The notes beneath the pieces are model-generated. The model saw only the letters and a program-made list of their open reading frames with translations. It was not told where the DNA came from and did not search any database. The translations under genes were made by a program, and so were the position numbers. DNA of 64,000 nt from a virus (lineage: Duplodnaviria; Caudoviricetes), in the IMG/VR virus record IMGVR_UViG_2565956686_000002, positions 1 through 64,000 of that record, one strand, 5' to 3'. This document shows positions 31,718-40,935 of the stretch, one piece after another; position 1 is the stretch's first letter; every line of letters begins with the position of its first letter.

Positions 31718-32560
31718 ATGGCAGTGCAATCATATTCACAAGAAATATGGGATCGACTCAAATTAGTTTATGAGTCATCCCCTAAGATCACATGGCAAAA
31801 ACTAGTTGATCAAGTCGGTGAGGAGTTAGGCTGTGAAATGCCTTCTCCTTCAGTTGTGCGCCGTAAAGCAATCGCTGAAAAATGGAAAAAGTGCGCGAAA
31901 AATCTAGTCAAAAAGAATGCTAAACAGATCAATGATGAGATTAAAAATTTGACTAGTAAAATGACTAGTCAGAAAGAAGCCCAAGATTATGAAAATAAAG
32001 AGGAAAATGGTAGTCAAAAATCCGTCAAAAATCCGTCAAAAGTAAGTGTGTATGATGATGAATTTGCAAGAAATGCCCAACGTAGCAAAGTTGCAGATAC
32101 AAATAAGCTCACAGCGACAAGAATCATTCGTGAAAATCGACTTCGTTCTGTGAAGTTAGCAAGCTTAATTGATTCATCATTAGATAGTTTGGTGAGTGTA
32201 AGAAAAGACTTTCAGGAATTGGATTTAAAAACTGCAACTGAAGATGACATAGGAATGATTAAGTTCAAGATGGCAGTTACGTCTCAATTTATCGAACAAA
32301 ACTTAAAACAAAGTATCAGTATTGCGAATGTAGCGAAAATAGATGCCATGTTTTGGGGATTAACGGAAGAGGACCTGAAAGACCAATCGGAAATACAGGC
32401 GAAACGCTCTGCTGTTGTGGCTGGAGCTGAAGAACGAATGAGACTTGCAAAAGAGAAAATGGCCACTGATAAAAAAGCAGCCTTTGCACGTAAGTTAGCA
32501 ATGATTGAGGCAGGGGATCCAGAACCTGATCAAGATGAAGAACAAGAGGCAATTGCATGA
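31718..32560 (+). CDS. Putative terminase small subunit (HTH)
   Basis: W..LKLVYE..SVVRRKAIAEKWKK N-terminus; helical body. Confidence 0.5.
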   Translation: MAVQSYSQEIWDRLKLVYESSPKITWQKLVDQVGEELGCEMPSPSVVRRKAIAEKWKKCAKNLVKKNAKQINDEIKNLTSKMTSQKEAQDYENKEENGSQKSVKNPSKVSVYDDEFARNAQRSKVADTNKLTATRIIRENRLRSVKLASLIDSSLDSLVSVRKDFQELDLKTATEDDIGMIKFKMAVTSQFIEQNLKQSISIANVAKIDAMFWGLTEEDLKDQSEIQAKRSAVVAGAEERMRLAKEKMATDKKAAFARKLAMIEAGDPEPDQDEEQEAIA

Positions 32561-33249
32561 TCAAAACAAATTTAACTCATAGAGAATTGTGTGAAGTCGG
32601 CGCTGCGTTGTTGAGAAAACCTGAATCTGCTAATGGACATGGTTGCCATTTTTCAATCGTTGAGCCGTCGTGCTATGGAGAGAATCCCGATGTATTCGGT
32701 GTTCGCCACGGTAATGGATACGATGTCGGTACAATTCTATTAGAAGCTAAAACAAGCCGTTCTGATTTCTTGGCTGATAAGAAAAAACCACATCGTATTG
32801 AACCAGCAACGGGTGTTGGTAAATGGCGTTATTTCATTTGCCCGACAGACCTAATTCAACCTGAAGAATTACCAGAGCGATGGGGATTGATCTACGTTTC
32901 TAATGGTAAACGCTGCAAATACATTAAAGGCGCAATGGCTGTACCTAAAGAGAAGTATGACAATGAATGGAATCAAAATTCTCAATATTGGCGCAATGGT
33001 AAAGCATTAGAACAAAGCTTTATTGATTTTGCATTTAATGATCGAAACGTACAGAACGAGTTCAATTTATTGACGATGGCTTTAGCTCGATTAAGAGATC
33101 CTGAAAAGATCCTTTACATGCAAAGAAATTTCACTCGGTTAGAAATGGAATGCCAAAGACAAGCGCATGAAATTCAGAAGCTACAACAAGATGCAAATCT
33201 CAATAATTGCTTACAGAACATAGAAAAAATTAAGGTGCAAAGTTTATGA
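32557..33249 (+). CDS. PD-(D/E)XK nuclease-like (MmcB-like) protein
   Basis: ENPDVFG..LEAKTSRSDFLADKKK, WGLI. Confidence 0.65.
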   Translation: MIKTNLTHRELCEVGAALLRKPESANGHGCHFSIVEPSCYGENPDVFGVRHGNGYDVGTILLEAKTSRSDFLADKKKPHRIEPATGVGKWRYFICPTDLIQPEELPERWGLIYVSNGKRCKYIKGAMAVPKEKYDNEWNQNSQYWRNGKALEQSFIDFAFNDRNVQNEFNLLTMALARLRDPEKILYMQRNFTRLEMECQRQAHEIQKLQQDANLNNCLQNIEKIKVQSL

Positions 33250-33929
33250 AAACCAACGAAAAAAATGAATACAAAGTAGGTGATTTTGTTTTACCTGTTT
33301 CACTTAAATATACAAATCAGGTTTGTGAACTAACTGAAGATTTGGGTTATGACTTTAAATATAAAACTAAGTCTGGTGGGTGGGGCTTTATTGTTAAATC
33401 CTATTTACCTACTAGATGGAGACATGCTACAGGTGATGAAATTACAAGTGGAATAGCATCTCAAATCCAGATAGTGAAAAGTTTTATTGCTGAATATGGT
33501 CTATTAAAGGCTATGGAAGTATTAAAGAATGCACCCGAAGGTTCAACACATCATGATTTAGTTACAGCAGAGAATATAGACTTATATTTTAATTCTAAAG
33601 ATCACCTAGAGTGGTGTGATTTAGAGCTTAAGTGGTGTTTACCTAGATTTCATCATACGAATGAAATGATTATGGGAATGATAGATATTGCCGAGCTAAA
33701 ACGTCTTTTTGAAAATATAGATTTAGTAAATAAAGTAGGTGGACCAAAATCTGCTAAAGCCCAAGTAAAACAAGCCAAAGAATATGGATATTCAACATTT
33801 TCTATTCCAATTGAATTGAATGGATCAATTGTTATGGGATGTTTAAATATTGATAAGTTAGAACAAGCTCTTTCTGACCACGATCAACTATTCGGAAATA
33901 TCGAAACGTTGGGAGGTGAGCATGTTTAA
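33246..33929 (+). CDS. Modular hypothetical protein
   Basis: YKVGDFV..RHATGDEI plus NAPEGSTH modules. Confidence 0.7.
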   Translation: MKTNEKNEYKVGDFVLPVSLKYTNQVCELTEDLGYDFKYKTKSGGWGFIVKSYLPTRWRHATGDEITSGIASQIQIVKSFIAEYGLLKAMEVLKNAPEGSTHHDLVTAENIDLYFNSKDHLEWCDLELKWCLPRFHHTNEMIMGMIDIAELKRLFENIDLVNKVGGPKSAKAQVKQAKEYGYSTFSIPIELNGSIVMGCLNIDKLEQALSDHDQLFGNIETLGGEHV

Positions 33930-34173
33930 GGACGGGGATTTTCTTGTCTATAAAGACCAAAATAAATACAAAAACTGCCTGTTCAAAATTATTGATGATG
34001 TGGATGCAGTTGCAATAGCTGTGGAAGATGGGAAGGAGTGCTTTGTTTACTTTGCCGATATGCGATTAGCAACAGAAGATGAAATCGCAGCAGGTCATAG
34101 AATAGACCATATCGGTGAGCCTAACGGATTGGGAACAGACTCAGACATAGTCAACCACAATACAAGGTTATAG
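33922..34173 (+). CDS. Hypothetical protein
   Basis: GGAGG RBS; FKDGDFLV..RLATEDEIAAGHR. Confidence 0.7.
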   Translation: MFKDGDFLVYKDQNKYKNCLFKIIDDVDAVAIAVEDGKECFVYFADMRLATEDEIAAGHRIDHIGEPNGLGTDSDIVNHNTRL

Positions 34174-34183
34174 GGGATTAATC

Positions 34184-34285
34184 ATGTGTCCATTATGCGG
34201 TAGATCAAAAGGTGGTTTAGTTTGCGGTTATTGTGGCTGGGTTCCAGAAGATAAGAAATTTGAGTTTGAACAGGTGAGTAGATGA
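34184..34285 (+). CDS. 33-aa zinc-ribbon protein (not in ORF track)
   Basis: MCPLCGRSKGGLVCGYCGW..; GGGGA RBS; ATGA overlap with next gene. Confidence 0.65.
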   Translation: MCPLCGRSKGGLVCGYCGWVPEDKKFEFEQVSR

Positions 34286-34614
34286 AAGTTCAATTAAATG
34301 AGAAGTCTAAAGCCGAATTTATTGAGCATATTGCCAAAGATTCAATAACTTGTTGGTTTGATGGTGATGAGTTTGTTATGCCAAGTGGTCAAGGTCGTAC
34401 CGCAAGAGGGATTGTTTTAGGTAAGTTGATAGCTTGGCAGCACCAACAGTCAAAAGTTGATGATATTCAGAAACGCTTTGATGCGATCAAACAACTTATC
34501 AATGAGTATCACCAACATAGTTATAGAGAGTCAGATGATTTCGTATTTTATTTAGAGCAAGCACTTACAGGCACAAACCATATCGGTGAGCCTAACGGAA
34601 TGGATGAGAAATAA
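34282..34614 (+). CDS. Hypothetical protein
   Basis: Coupled ORF. Confidence 0.65.
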   Translation: MKVQLNEKSKAEFIEHIAKDSITCWFDGDEFVMPSGQGRTARGIVLGKLIAWQHQQSKVDDIQKRFDAIKQLINEYHQHSYRESDDFVFYLEQALTGTNHIGEPNGMDEK

Positions 34615-34615
34615 A

Positions 34616-34978
34616 ATGTTAGAAAAATTTATTCAATATTGTCATTCAAAACATGAAGGTTTGAGTGATTACTACATCACTCAGATATATAACAACATGC
34701 AAGAATTGTTATATGTTCAGTTTTTAGAAGTAGAATTGCAGACTCAATTAAAACTAAATGAAAGCTTGGAGCAAAAGCTGAGTCAAGATAGTCAAATACT
34801 TCACAACATTATTGATATGGAAACCAGAAAAACTCAGAAATTGCAGAATCGAATCAATCATGTAATGAGTTTATTTGGTTGCCAGCAGGTAGTTAATCCA
34901 AACGATATTATTGAAGCTTTAACAGGTGATATAGACCAATCACTTTGCGATGATGAGGTTTGCCATGAATCAGTTTGA
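34616..34978 (+). CDS. Hypothetical coiled-coil protein
   Basis: ORF track. Confidence 0.6.
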   Translation: MLEKFIQYCHSKHEGLSDYYITQIYNNMQELLYVQFLEVELQTQLKLNESLEQKLSQDSQILHNIIDMETRKTQKLQNRINHVMSLFGCQQVVNPNDIIEALTGDIDQSLCDDEVCHESV

Positions 34979-35405
34979 AATAGGAGAAAAAATTTTATAT
35001 TTAGGTATTTATGGCAATGAGTTTAATTTAGTTGATGAGGTCATTGGTATTGAGGACGATGAATATCTTAATAGAAAGAAATACATGATCAAAAATACTG
35101 AGTCTGGTGAAGTTATAAGTCAGTATGGTACCAACTACAGGAAAGCGACTAAAGAAGAAGTCGCCGTAGGGCATAGGTTAGAATCAAACAACGGTCAAGC
35201 AATAAGGGTTTGTAATTTAAATAACTATTCTCGAAAGTCTTTCACTATGGATAGACAAATCAAGCAATCAAAAAATGAATCTTTGTTAGAGTATTTAAAC
35301 AGATGTGAGGAACAAGTAAAGCGTTGGCCAAAGTGGAAAATCGAGAGCATTCGAGATGCTTTTGGTCTCAACACAATTAAAGGAAAACAAGCTGGAACCA
35401 TATAA
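34965..35405 (+). CDS. Hypothetical protein
   Basis: GAGG RBS; FEIGEKI..RKATKEEVAVGHRL. Confidence 0.65.
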   Translation: MNQFEIGEKILYLGIYGNEFNLVDEVIGIEDDEYLNRKKYMIKNTESGEVISQYGTNYRKATKEEVAVGHRLESNNGQAIRVCNLNNYSRKSFTMDRQIKQSKNESLLEYLNRCEEQVKRWPKWKIESIRDAFGLNTIKGKQAGTI

Positions 35406-35433
35406 AATGTTAGAGCTAGGTATGGCGCAAAAT
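35393..35433 (+). promoter_or_regulatory. Putative late promoter
   Basis: TGGAAC-N29-CAAAAT. Confidence 0.7.
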
Positions 35434-35463
35434 CACTCTATGTAAAAATAGGGTGATTTTTTT

Positions 35464-37686
35464 ATGTCTAATTCAGCAAGTGGCTTACAGTATGATGAAC
35501 TTGGGTTTCTTATTGGCCTGAAGCAAACAGGAAAAGACGTATCCAAAATTGATAAAAACGTGGAAGTAATCCGCGATATTTTAATTGGTTTGCACAAAGA
35601 TATTGAGAACCAATATTCGCGACAAGAGAACCAACCAAAACCAAAATTAAGCGCGTTAGAACAAGCACTCATTGATGCCCAGATTAAACCAGCTGATTTT
35701 TCTGATCTAATCCGCGAACAGGCAAATCCTTTAGTTCAATCTTCACTAGCTTTAGATCGAGTTGCTAAGTCTATTGAGGACTTAATAGCTGAATCAACTA
35801 AAACCGAAGATAGCAAACCACAGCCTAAAGCAAAGCCTAAACGCCGTGCGATTGAAATCAATAGCACTGAGGACGTTATAAGAGAATTTGGCAATACTGG
35901 TGAACGTCGACGTGATGCTAATGGGCGTTTCATAGGAGCTAATTCAGAACAATCAACATTGGGTAAAGTTGCTCAAACGATTGGTACAGCGATTAAAGGT
36001 GTAATGCCTTCGAATCCCCAAGGTGTTGACCCTACACTTGACGCAATTAATGAAGTTGCGACTGTACTATCACCAGTAAAGCGAGCTGCTGGATTTATGC
36101 TACGTCCGCTTACTGGTTGGATGAAGTCACGCAAACGCAATGAACCCTTGCCTAAAGAACAAAGTGACCATAACCGTAAACAAGTAAAGTTACTTCAGCG
36201 AATTGCTGATAATTTGCAATCTAGGGGCGGTCTACTAGGTGGATTAGGAAAGCTACTTGGTGCTGGTGGAGGTTTACTGGGGGGCCTTTTGGGTGGTCTA
36301 CTTGGCAAGGGTAAAGGTTTAGGTAAAGGTCTAGCTAAAATCCTCAAATTTGGTAAAGGTTTACCTGTAATTGGTGCATTACTCACTGCTATGTCATTTA
36401 GTGATTGGGGTACTAAATCAACTAAAGAAAAGGGCGGTACTGTAGGTTCGGCTGTCGGTGGAGTTGCTGGTGGTGCGATAGGAAGTATCTTTGGTCCCGT
36501 TGGAACAATTGCAGGGGCTGCAATAGGTTCATGGGTGGGTGAGAAGCTAGGTGGTATCGTTGCGCCGTATGTAAAAGAATGGACGGATTCTTTGATTGAC
36601 GCTGATATACCGTCAATGATTTCAAATCTTGTAAAAGTTGCTTTGAAACTTACACCTGCTGGAATGGCTAAGTCACTGTATGACTGGGGTAAAGAAAAAT
36701 GGAATGAAAAATTTAATGGACAACCTAATCCAACTTACCTGTTAAGAAGCCAGTATGGTGGGAAAGGTGAAAATGGTGGGGAACCAGTTAAGTTTGGAGC
36801 TGCTGCAAATAATACAAATAGCTCAGCTATTACGAAGATTGTGACTCCTAGAAGTGGTAGGTCAAATATAGTTGAATTAGCTGATGGTTCGGTGGTTAAG
36901 CGCACTGGTAATAGGAACTGGAGAAATAATAATCCTGGCAATATTGAATATGGCGAATTAGCAAAAAAATATGGAGCAATAGGTTCTGATGGTAGATTCG
37001 CAATTTTTCCAGATTATGATTCTGGTCGAAATGCAAAAGAGCATTTAATCTTTGAGAGTAACAGGGCAAAAAGTTTGTCTACTAGATTAGATTATGGGCA
37101 AGGCTTAGGATATAAAGATAAAACTTTAAAGCAAACAATAGCTTCATATGCGCCCATTGAAGATAATAACGATACATTAAAATATCAACGGAATATATTG
37201 GCCGCGGTTGATGGACAAAATAAGAAAATGTCAGAATACTCTGCTGCGGATAGAAAAAAAATTATGGATGCAATGGAAAAAGAAGAAGGTTTTTCGATTG
37301 GGAAAACTCAGATAATCCAAAACGCAAAAGTAACACCTCAAAATAGTGTAATTTCAACCAAAAAGTCATCGCCATTAGCACATTCAGAGATTTCGAAAAA
37401 TGCAGAATCAATCGTACAAAAGGCAAAAGACAATGTACCAGTATTGAATATGCAATCTTCAATTAAACCTCTAGCTGCACGCACAAACACTTGGGAAGCT
37501 AGTTATAGACCTCCAAAAGTTGATACAAATGTGCTTCCAGCAAAAGAATTTTTAACATCACCTACACCACAGGAGGTTATTGTTACCAATCAAAATAGTG
37601 GTAATATCAATCAAAATGTGAGCAATAGAATGTTAGCTCATGCGATTACAGGTGGACTTGGGATGGGGGATAAATGGAACGGTTAA
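35464..37686 (+). CDS. Tape-measure/Sit-like virion protein with lysozyme-like domain
   Basis: Helical N-terminus, Gly-rich hydrophobic repeats, WRNNNPGNI..GRFAIF..YAP..DNNDT..Y. Confidence 0.7.
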   Translation: MSNSASGLQYDELGFLIGLKQTGKDVSKIDKNVEVIRDILIGLHKDIENQYSRQENQPKPKLSALEQALIDAQIKPADFSDLIREQANPLVQSSLALDRVAKSIEDLIAESTKTEDSKPQPKAKPKRRAIEINSTEDVIREFGNTGERRRDANGRFIGANSEQSTLGKVAQTIGTAIKGVMPSNPQGVDPTLDAINEVATVLSPVKRAAGFMLRPLTGWMKSRKRNEPLPKEQSDHNRKQVKLLQRIADNLQSRGGLLGGLGKLLGAGGGLLGGLLGGLLGKGKGLGKGLAKILKFGKGLPVIGALLTAMSFSDWGTKSTKEKGGTVGSAVGGVAGGAIGSIFGPVGTIAGAAIGSWVGEKLGGIVAPYVKEWTDSLIDADIPSMISNLVKVALKLTPAGMAKSLYDWGKEKWNEKFNGQPNPTYLLRSQYGGKGENGGEPVKFGAAANNTNSSAITKIVTPRSGRSNIVELADGSVVKRTGNRNWRNNNPGNIEYGELAKKYGAIGSDGRFAIFPDYDSGRNAKEHLIFESNRAKSLSTRLDYGQGLGYKDKTLKQTIASYAPIEDNNDTLKYQRNILAAVDGQNKKMSEYSAADRKKIMDAMEKEEGFSIGKTQIIQNAKVTPQNSVISTKKSSPLAHSEISKNAESIVQKAKDNVPVLNMQSSIKPLAARTNTWEASYRPPKVDTNVLPAKEFLTSPTPQEVIVTNQNSGNINQNVSNRMLAHAITGGLGMGDKWNG

Positions 37687-38042
37687 TTTTAATAACTTTA
37701 TCACTACTTTTTTATAGTACGGCTCAAGCCCAATATTTCAGCTTAAGTGGTGTGATTAAAGAACAAATTGCACCACCTGAGCTAACTATTGACGAAAAAC
37801 CACATAAATATTTGGGATTAGTTTTGGATAAACCAATCCCTATGAACGTATACAGTGAGGATACTGATGAAAAAAAACTATTTAAAAATGTGACAATAGT
37901 TCAAGTCGGATGGAAAGGAGATCTAATAAAGTTTAAAGGTAAGAAAGTAAATCTTTTATCACAAAACTGTATTAATTCACAAAGTGCACATATCTATACT
38001 GATGTTATGTGCGAAATTGAAAAAATTAATGTGATTAAATAA
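37674..38042 (+). CDS. Secreted protein, DUF4431-like
   Basis: Signal peptide AQA; LVLDKPI..VQV..KGKKV..AHIYTDV. Confidence 0.55.
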   Translation: MERLILITLSLLFYSTAQAQYFSLSGVIKEQIAPPELTIDEKPHKYLGLVLDKPIPMNVYSEDTDEKKLFKNVTIVQVGWKGDLIKFKGKKVNLLSQNCINSQSAHIYTDVMCEIEKINVIK

Positions 38043-38081
38043 AATAATATTTGACTTAAATTACATGGCTTTCTATGTAGT

Positions 38082-39257
38082 TTAAGTCAGCAATTGAATC
38101 TGTGAATCAAGATTTATAAATTGATTAAAAAAATCTTCATCTATTACTAAAGTCGCTTTTGTCTGTTGTACTTTTACACCTAATTTCGTTTCAATCATTC
38201 TTGCAACTATGTCCTCTCCATCAATCAAAATAATATTTTGATTTTTAAGATTTCTAGAGTATTTAATAGCTGCATTAGAAAACTTAGAAGTGGTCATAAA
38301 TATTCCATTATTTGCATTATTACCTACCATTGCACCAACAAATGATTGAACGTCTGGACTTCCGATTGAAGTTTGATCATAACGTTTACACTGAATAAAG
38401 TGTTGTTCAAAACCTCCTATAGCTCTTCTTATTTTTACAATACCATCGACACCACCATCACCTACTTTACCATTATGAGTAATCATATCTTTAATTTCAT
38501 CAAATTCAGTTTTAGCGATACTAGCAATAAGATGCAAAGAGAATAATTCAAATTGAAATGGTGTGAGAGATTTTAATTTTACTAATAGTTCTTCATTTAA
38601 TGTTTTTTTCGATTCTTCCAGTAAATTAACCAACTTCCTAATTTCTATCGCAATGCTAATTTTATCAATTGGGCTCAAATCACCTGAGTTAAACTGAGAG
38701 ATTTTCGAAAATCTATCATAATTAGTTAAATTAAATGTAAGTCGATTATGAAGTTCACTAATAAAATCATTCAGTAAAGGATCACCTGATTTTCCATATA
38801 GTACAGTATTCAAGCTTTCTTCAAGCTCTAAATATTGTCCAATTTGGATTTCACGGCTATGAAAATTGAATTGATTGCAAGAATAATAAGAACTAAAAAA
38901 AACTATGAAATTATGATAATTTTTTAAAGCTTTTAGTCGTTGAAACGTTATCTCTTCTTGCAGTAAAAAGTTGATTTCTTCTATATTAGGTACGCGTCCA
39001 CCACTTTCAGTAAAAGTAAATAGTTTTAAATACAGCATCCATTGATAACAAATTTCGTGAACAGCAGTAGGAATGTTATATATTTTTTTGCTAAATTTTG
39101 GCGGTTTTCCTTTTTTAATTTCAACTTTACTAAAGGAACCAAGTTTCTCGACAATCTCTTCTAAAAAATAATATTCATTGTTATTGATGCTCAGAGTCTT
39201 TTTTAAAGCAATTGAGAACAATTCTGAGAAACTAGGTAAAGTCACGCTTCTATCCAA
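38082..39257 (-). CDS. Mrr-family restriction endonuclease (defence moron)
   Basis: GDGGVDG..IQCKRY..VQSFVGAM..GIFMTTSKFS; antisense to phage genes, low GC. Confidence 0.85.
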   Translation of the reverse strand: MDRSVTLPSFSELFSIALKKTLSINNNEYYFLEEIVEKLGSFSKVEIKKGKPPKFSKKIYNIPTAVHEICYQWMLYLKLFTFTESGGRVPNIEEINFLLQEEITFQRLKALKNYHNFIVFFSSYYSCNQFNFHSREIQIGQYLELEESLNTVLYGKSGDPLLNDFISELHNRLTFNLTNYDRFSKISQFNSGDLSPIDKISIAIEIRKLVNLLEESKKTLNEELLVKLKSLTPFQFELFSLHLIASIAKTEFDEIKDMITHNGKVGDGGVDGIVKIRRAIGGFEQHFIQCKRYDQTSIGSPDVQSFVGAMVGNNANNGIFMTTSKFSNAAIKYSRNLKNQNIILIDGEDIVARMIETKLGVKVQQTKATLVIDEDFFNQFINLDSQIQLLT

Positions 39258-39437
39258 ATTTTATATTAAAAAATTGATTATAATTCGATCTATGAAGTAG
39301 TACCATATTGATGTCTTATTTATCAGCCTATTTTTTCTTATAAGAAAGATATCTTGTTTATAGAATTTGAATGTTTAGCAATTCGATGAAAAGCAAAGCC
39401 TCTAAAAAGTAATGATATAAAATGAAACACTAAGTTG

Positions 39438-39479
39438 TTGGAACTTCTAAATTAACAGTTTTTGATATTAAGTGAGAAT
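39438..39479 (+). promoter_or_regulatory. Putative late promoter
   Basis: TTGGAAC-N29-GAGAAT. Confidence 0.7.
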
Positions 39480-39508
39480 AGCTCTATATTTTATAGGGCT
39501 ATTCTTAT

Positions 39509-40735
39509 ATGGGTACTTTAAACTTAACGGCAGTCACACCTGATACGCCGTATATCAAAAAAATCAAATCAGCTTTGGAAAAGGCAACAGGTCAAAGCAT
39601 TCCACTGGTTGAAATTAAAAAGGTTCAGCGTAAAGGTGGTGTAAGCGTTGTACCTATCTTTTTCGTCTTTGCTGGTGGACAAGAGCTAACACTATTTGCT
39701 CGTGCAAGTGCAGATGTCTTCAAATCTGAATTGAACGGAAAAGAGATCGTTTTACCAGGTGATTTCAGTGACGATTACCAACAGACTTTTGATAACGCCG
39801 TTTCTGGAATGGCTAAGTTGATTCGTGAATCACAAGCCAAAGTTGAGCAACTAAACCAAAAAGAAAAGGTCAAATTGCCACCACGAAAAAATCGTAGTAT
39901 CCAGCAGCAAATCAGTGATAAGCGCGAAGAAGAAACACAACTTGATCAAGAGTTATCTAATCTGACAGCACAGCGTGATCAATTACTTGAGCAATTGAAG
40001 CAGGCAAAAGCACAAAAGGAGGGTGGTGAAGCCACTCAGGGAAAGCAGATAGCTGAGGGAAAATCCTCAGCTTTTGATTCAGTCGATTGGGATGAAGAAC
40101 AGCACCCTAGAGATGAAAATGGGAAATTTAGTGTAAGATCAAGCCATTCTAAATCTTTGGATGCTTCTGTGACTGAAAAGCATTTTAAACAGCCAAGTGA
40201 AACCTTTAGCATTTATGACGCTGGTGTGCCATTAATGGAGCCTGATACTTCAACACCACTGAAAAAAGCAATTATTGATGTGGAAAATGGGATTAGAAAT
40301 AATGAATTAGAAACAGGCGCTGCTTTCAATTCAGATGGTGTGATTTTGTTTAAAAGACAAGGATTGCCTGATCAGGTTACTTTAACTGATCATGAGTTAA
40401 GTTTATTGAATAATGCAGTTTTTAGTCACAATCACCCTAAAGGCATGCCTTTTTCTATTGCTGATATTCGTATGGCGATTACATATAACATCAAGGAAAT
40501 ACGCGCGGTAACACCATATTTGAGATATTCCATGTATCCTAAGAATCAATGGTGTAGTAAAGCTGCATTAATTGCTACAATTAATGATGTGAGTTTAGAT
40601 GCTAATAAATTTGTAAATGAACAAGTACGGCTAGGCGAAATCAATCCTCAATTTGCAGAAGCAGAATATTTGCACTATATTTGGGTTAAGGTGGCTGATC
40701 GCCTAAACTTGAATTATGGGAGAGAGCGATCATGA
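39509..40735 (+). CDS. DarA-N/Hdf-like head protein with C-terminal JAB-like domain
   Basis: KVQRKGGVSVVPIFFVFAGGQELTLFARASADVFKSELNGK; coiled coil; E..SHNHPKGMPFSIAD. Confidence 0.65.
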   Translation: MGTLNLTAVTPDTPYIKKIKSALEKATGQSIPLVEIKKVQRKGGVSVVPIFFVFAGGQELTLFARASADVFKSELNGKEIVLPGDFSDDYQQTFDNAVSGMAKLIRESQAKVEQLNQKEKVKLPPRKNRSIQQQISDKREEETQLDQELSNLTAQRDQLLEQLKQAKAQKEGGEATQGKQIAEGKSSAFDSVDWDEEQHPRDENGKFSVRSSHSKSLDASVTEKHFKQPSETFSIYDAGVPLMEPDTSTPLKKAIIDVENGIRNNELETGAAFNSDGVILFKRQGLPDQVTLTDHELSLLNNAVFSHNHPKGMPFSIADIRMAITYNIKEIRAVTPYLRYSMYPKNQWCSKAALIATINDVSLDANKFVNEQVRLGEINPQFAEAEYLHYIWVKVADRLNLNYGRERS

Positions 40736-40935
40736 TGACTCATGAACAAATTGAAAAACTCTATGAACAACGCAATCAGGAGTTAAAAAAACAGGGTTTT
40801 GCTGCTGAGTTTGATGGGCCTGTATCAGAAGCAATTCAAGAAGATTTACTTTCAGATTTTCGCAAGGACTTAGCCAAAACACTTGCAAGTATGCTAAGTG
40901 AGGGTGTTAGTTTGGGAAAGCCTGTCCAACGGTAA
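40732..40935 (+). CDS. Small protein; possible -1 frameshift extension to 41015
   Basis: ATGA coupling; G-GGA-AAG at 40914. Confidence 0.6.
   Translation: MMTHEQIEKLYEQRNQELKKQGFAAEFDGPVSEAIQEDLLSDFRKDLAKTLASMLSEGVSLGKPVQR

Noticed and set aside
36220-36560. Gly-rich repeats as a DNA repeat element or toxin
   Set aside because: Degenerate codons; typical hydrophobic repeats of tape-measure proteins
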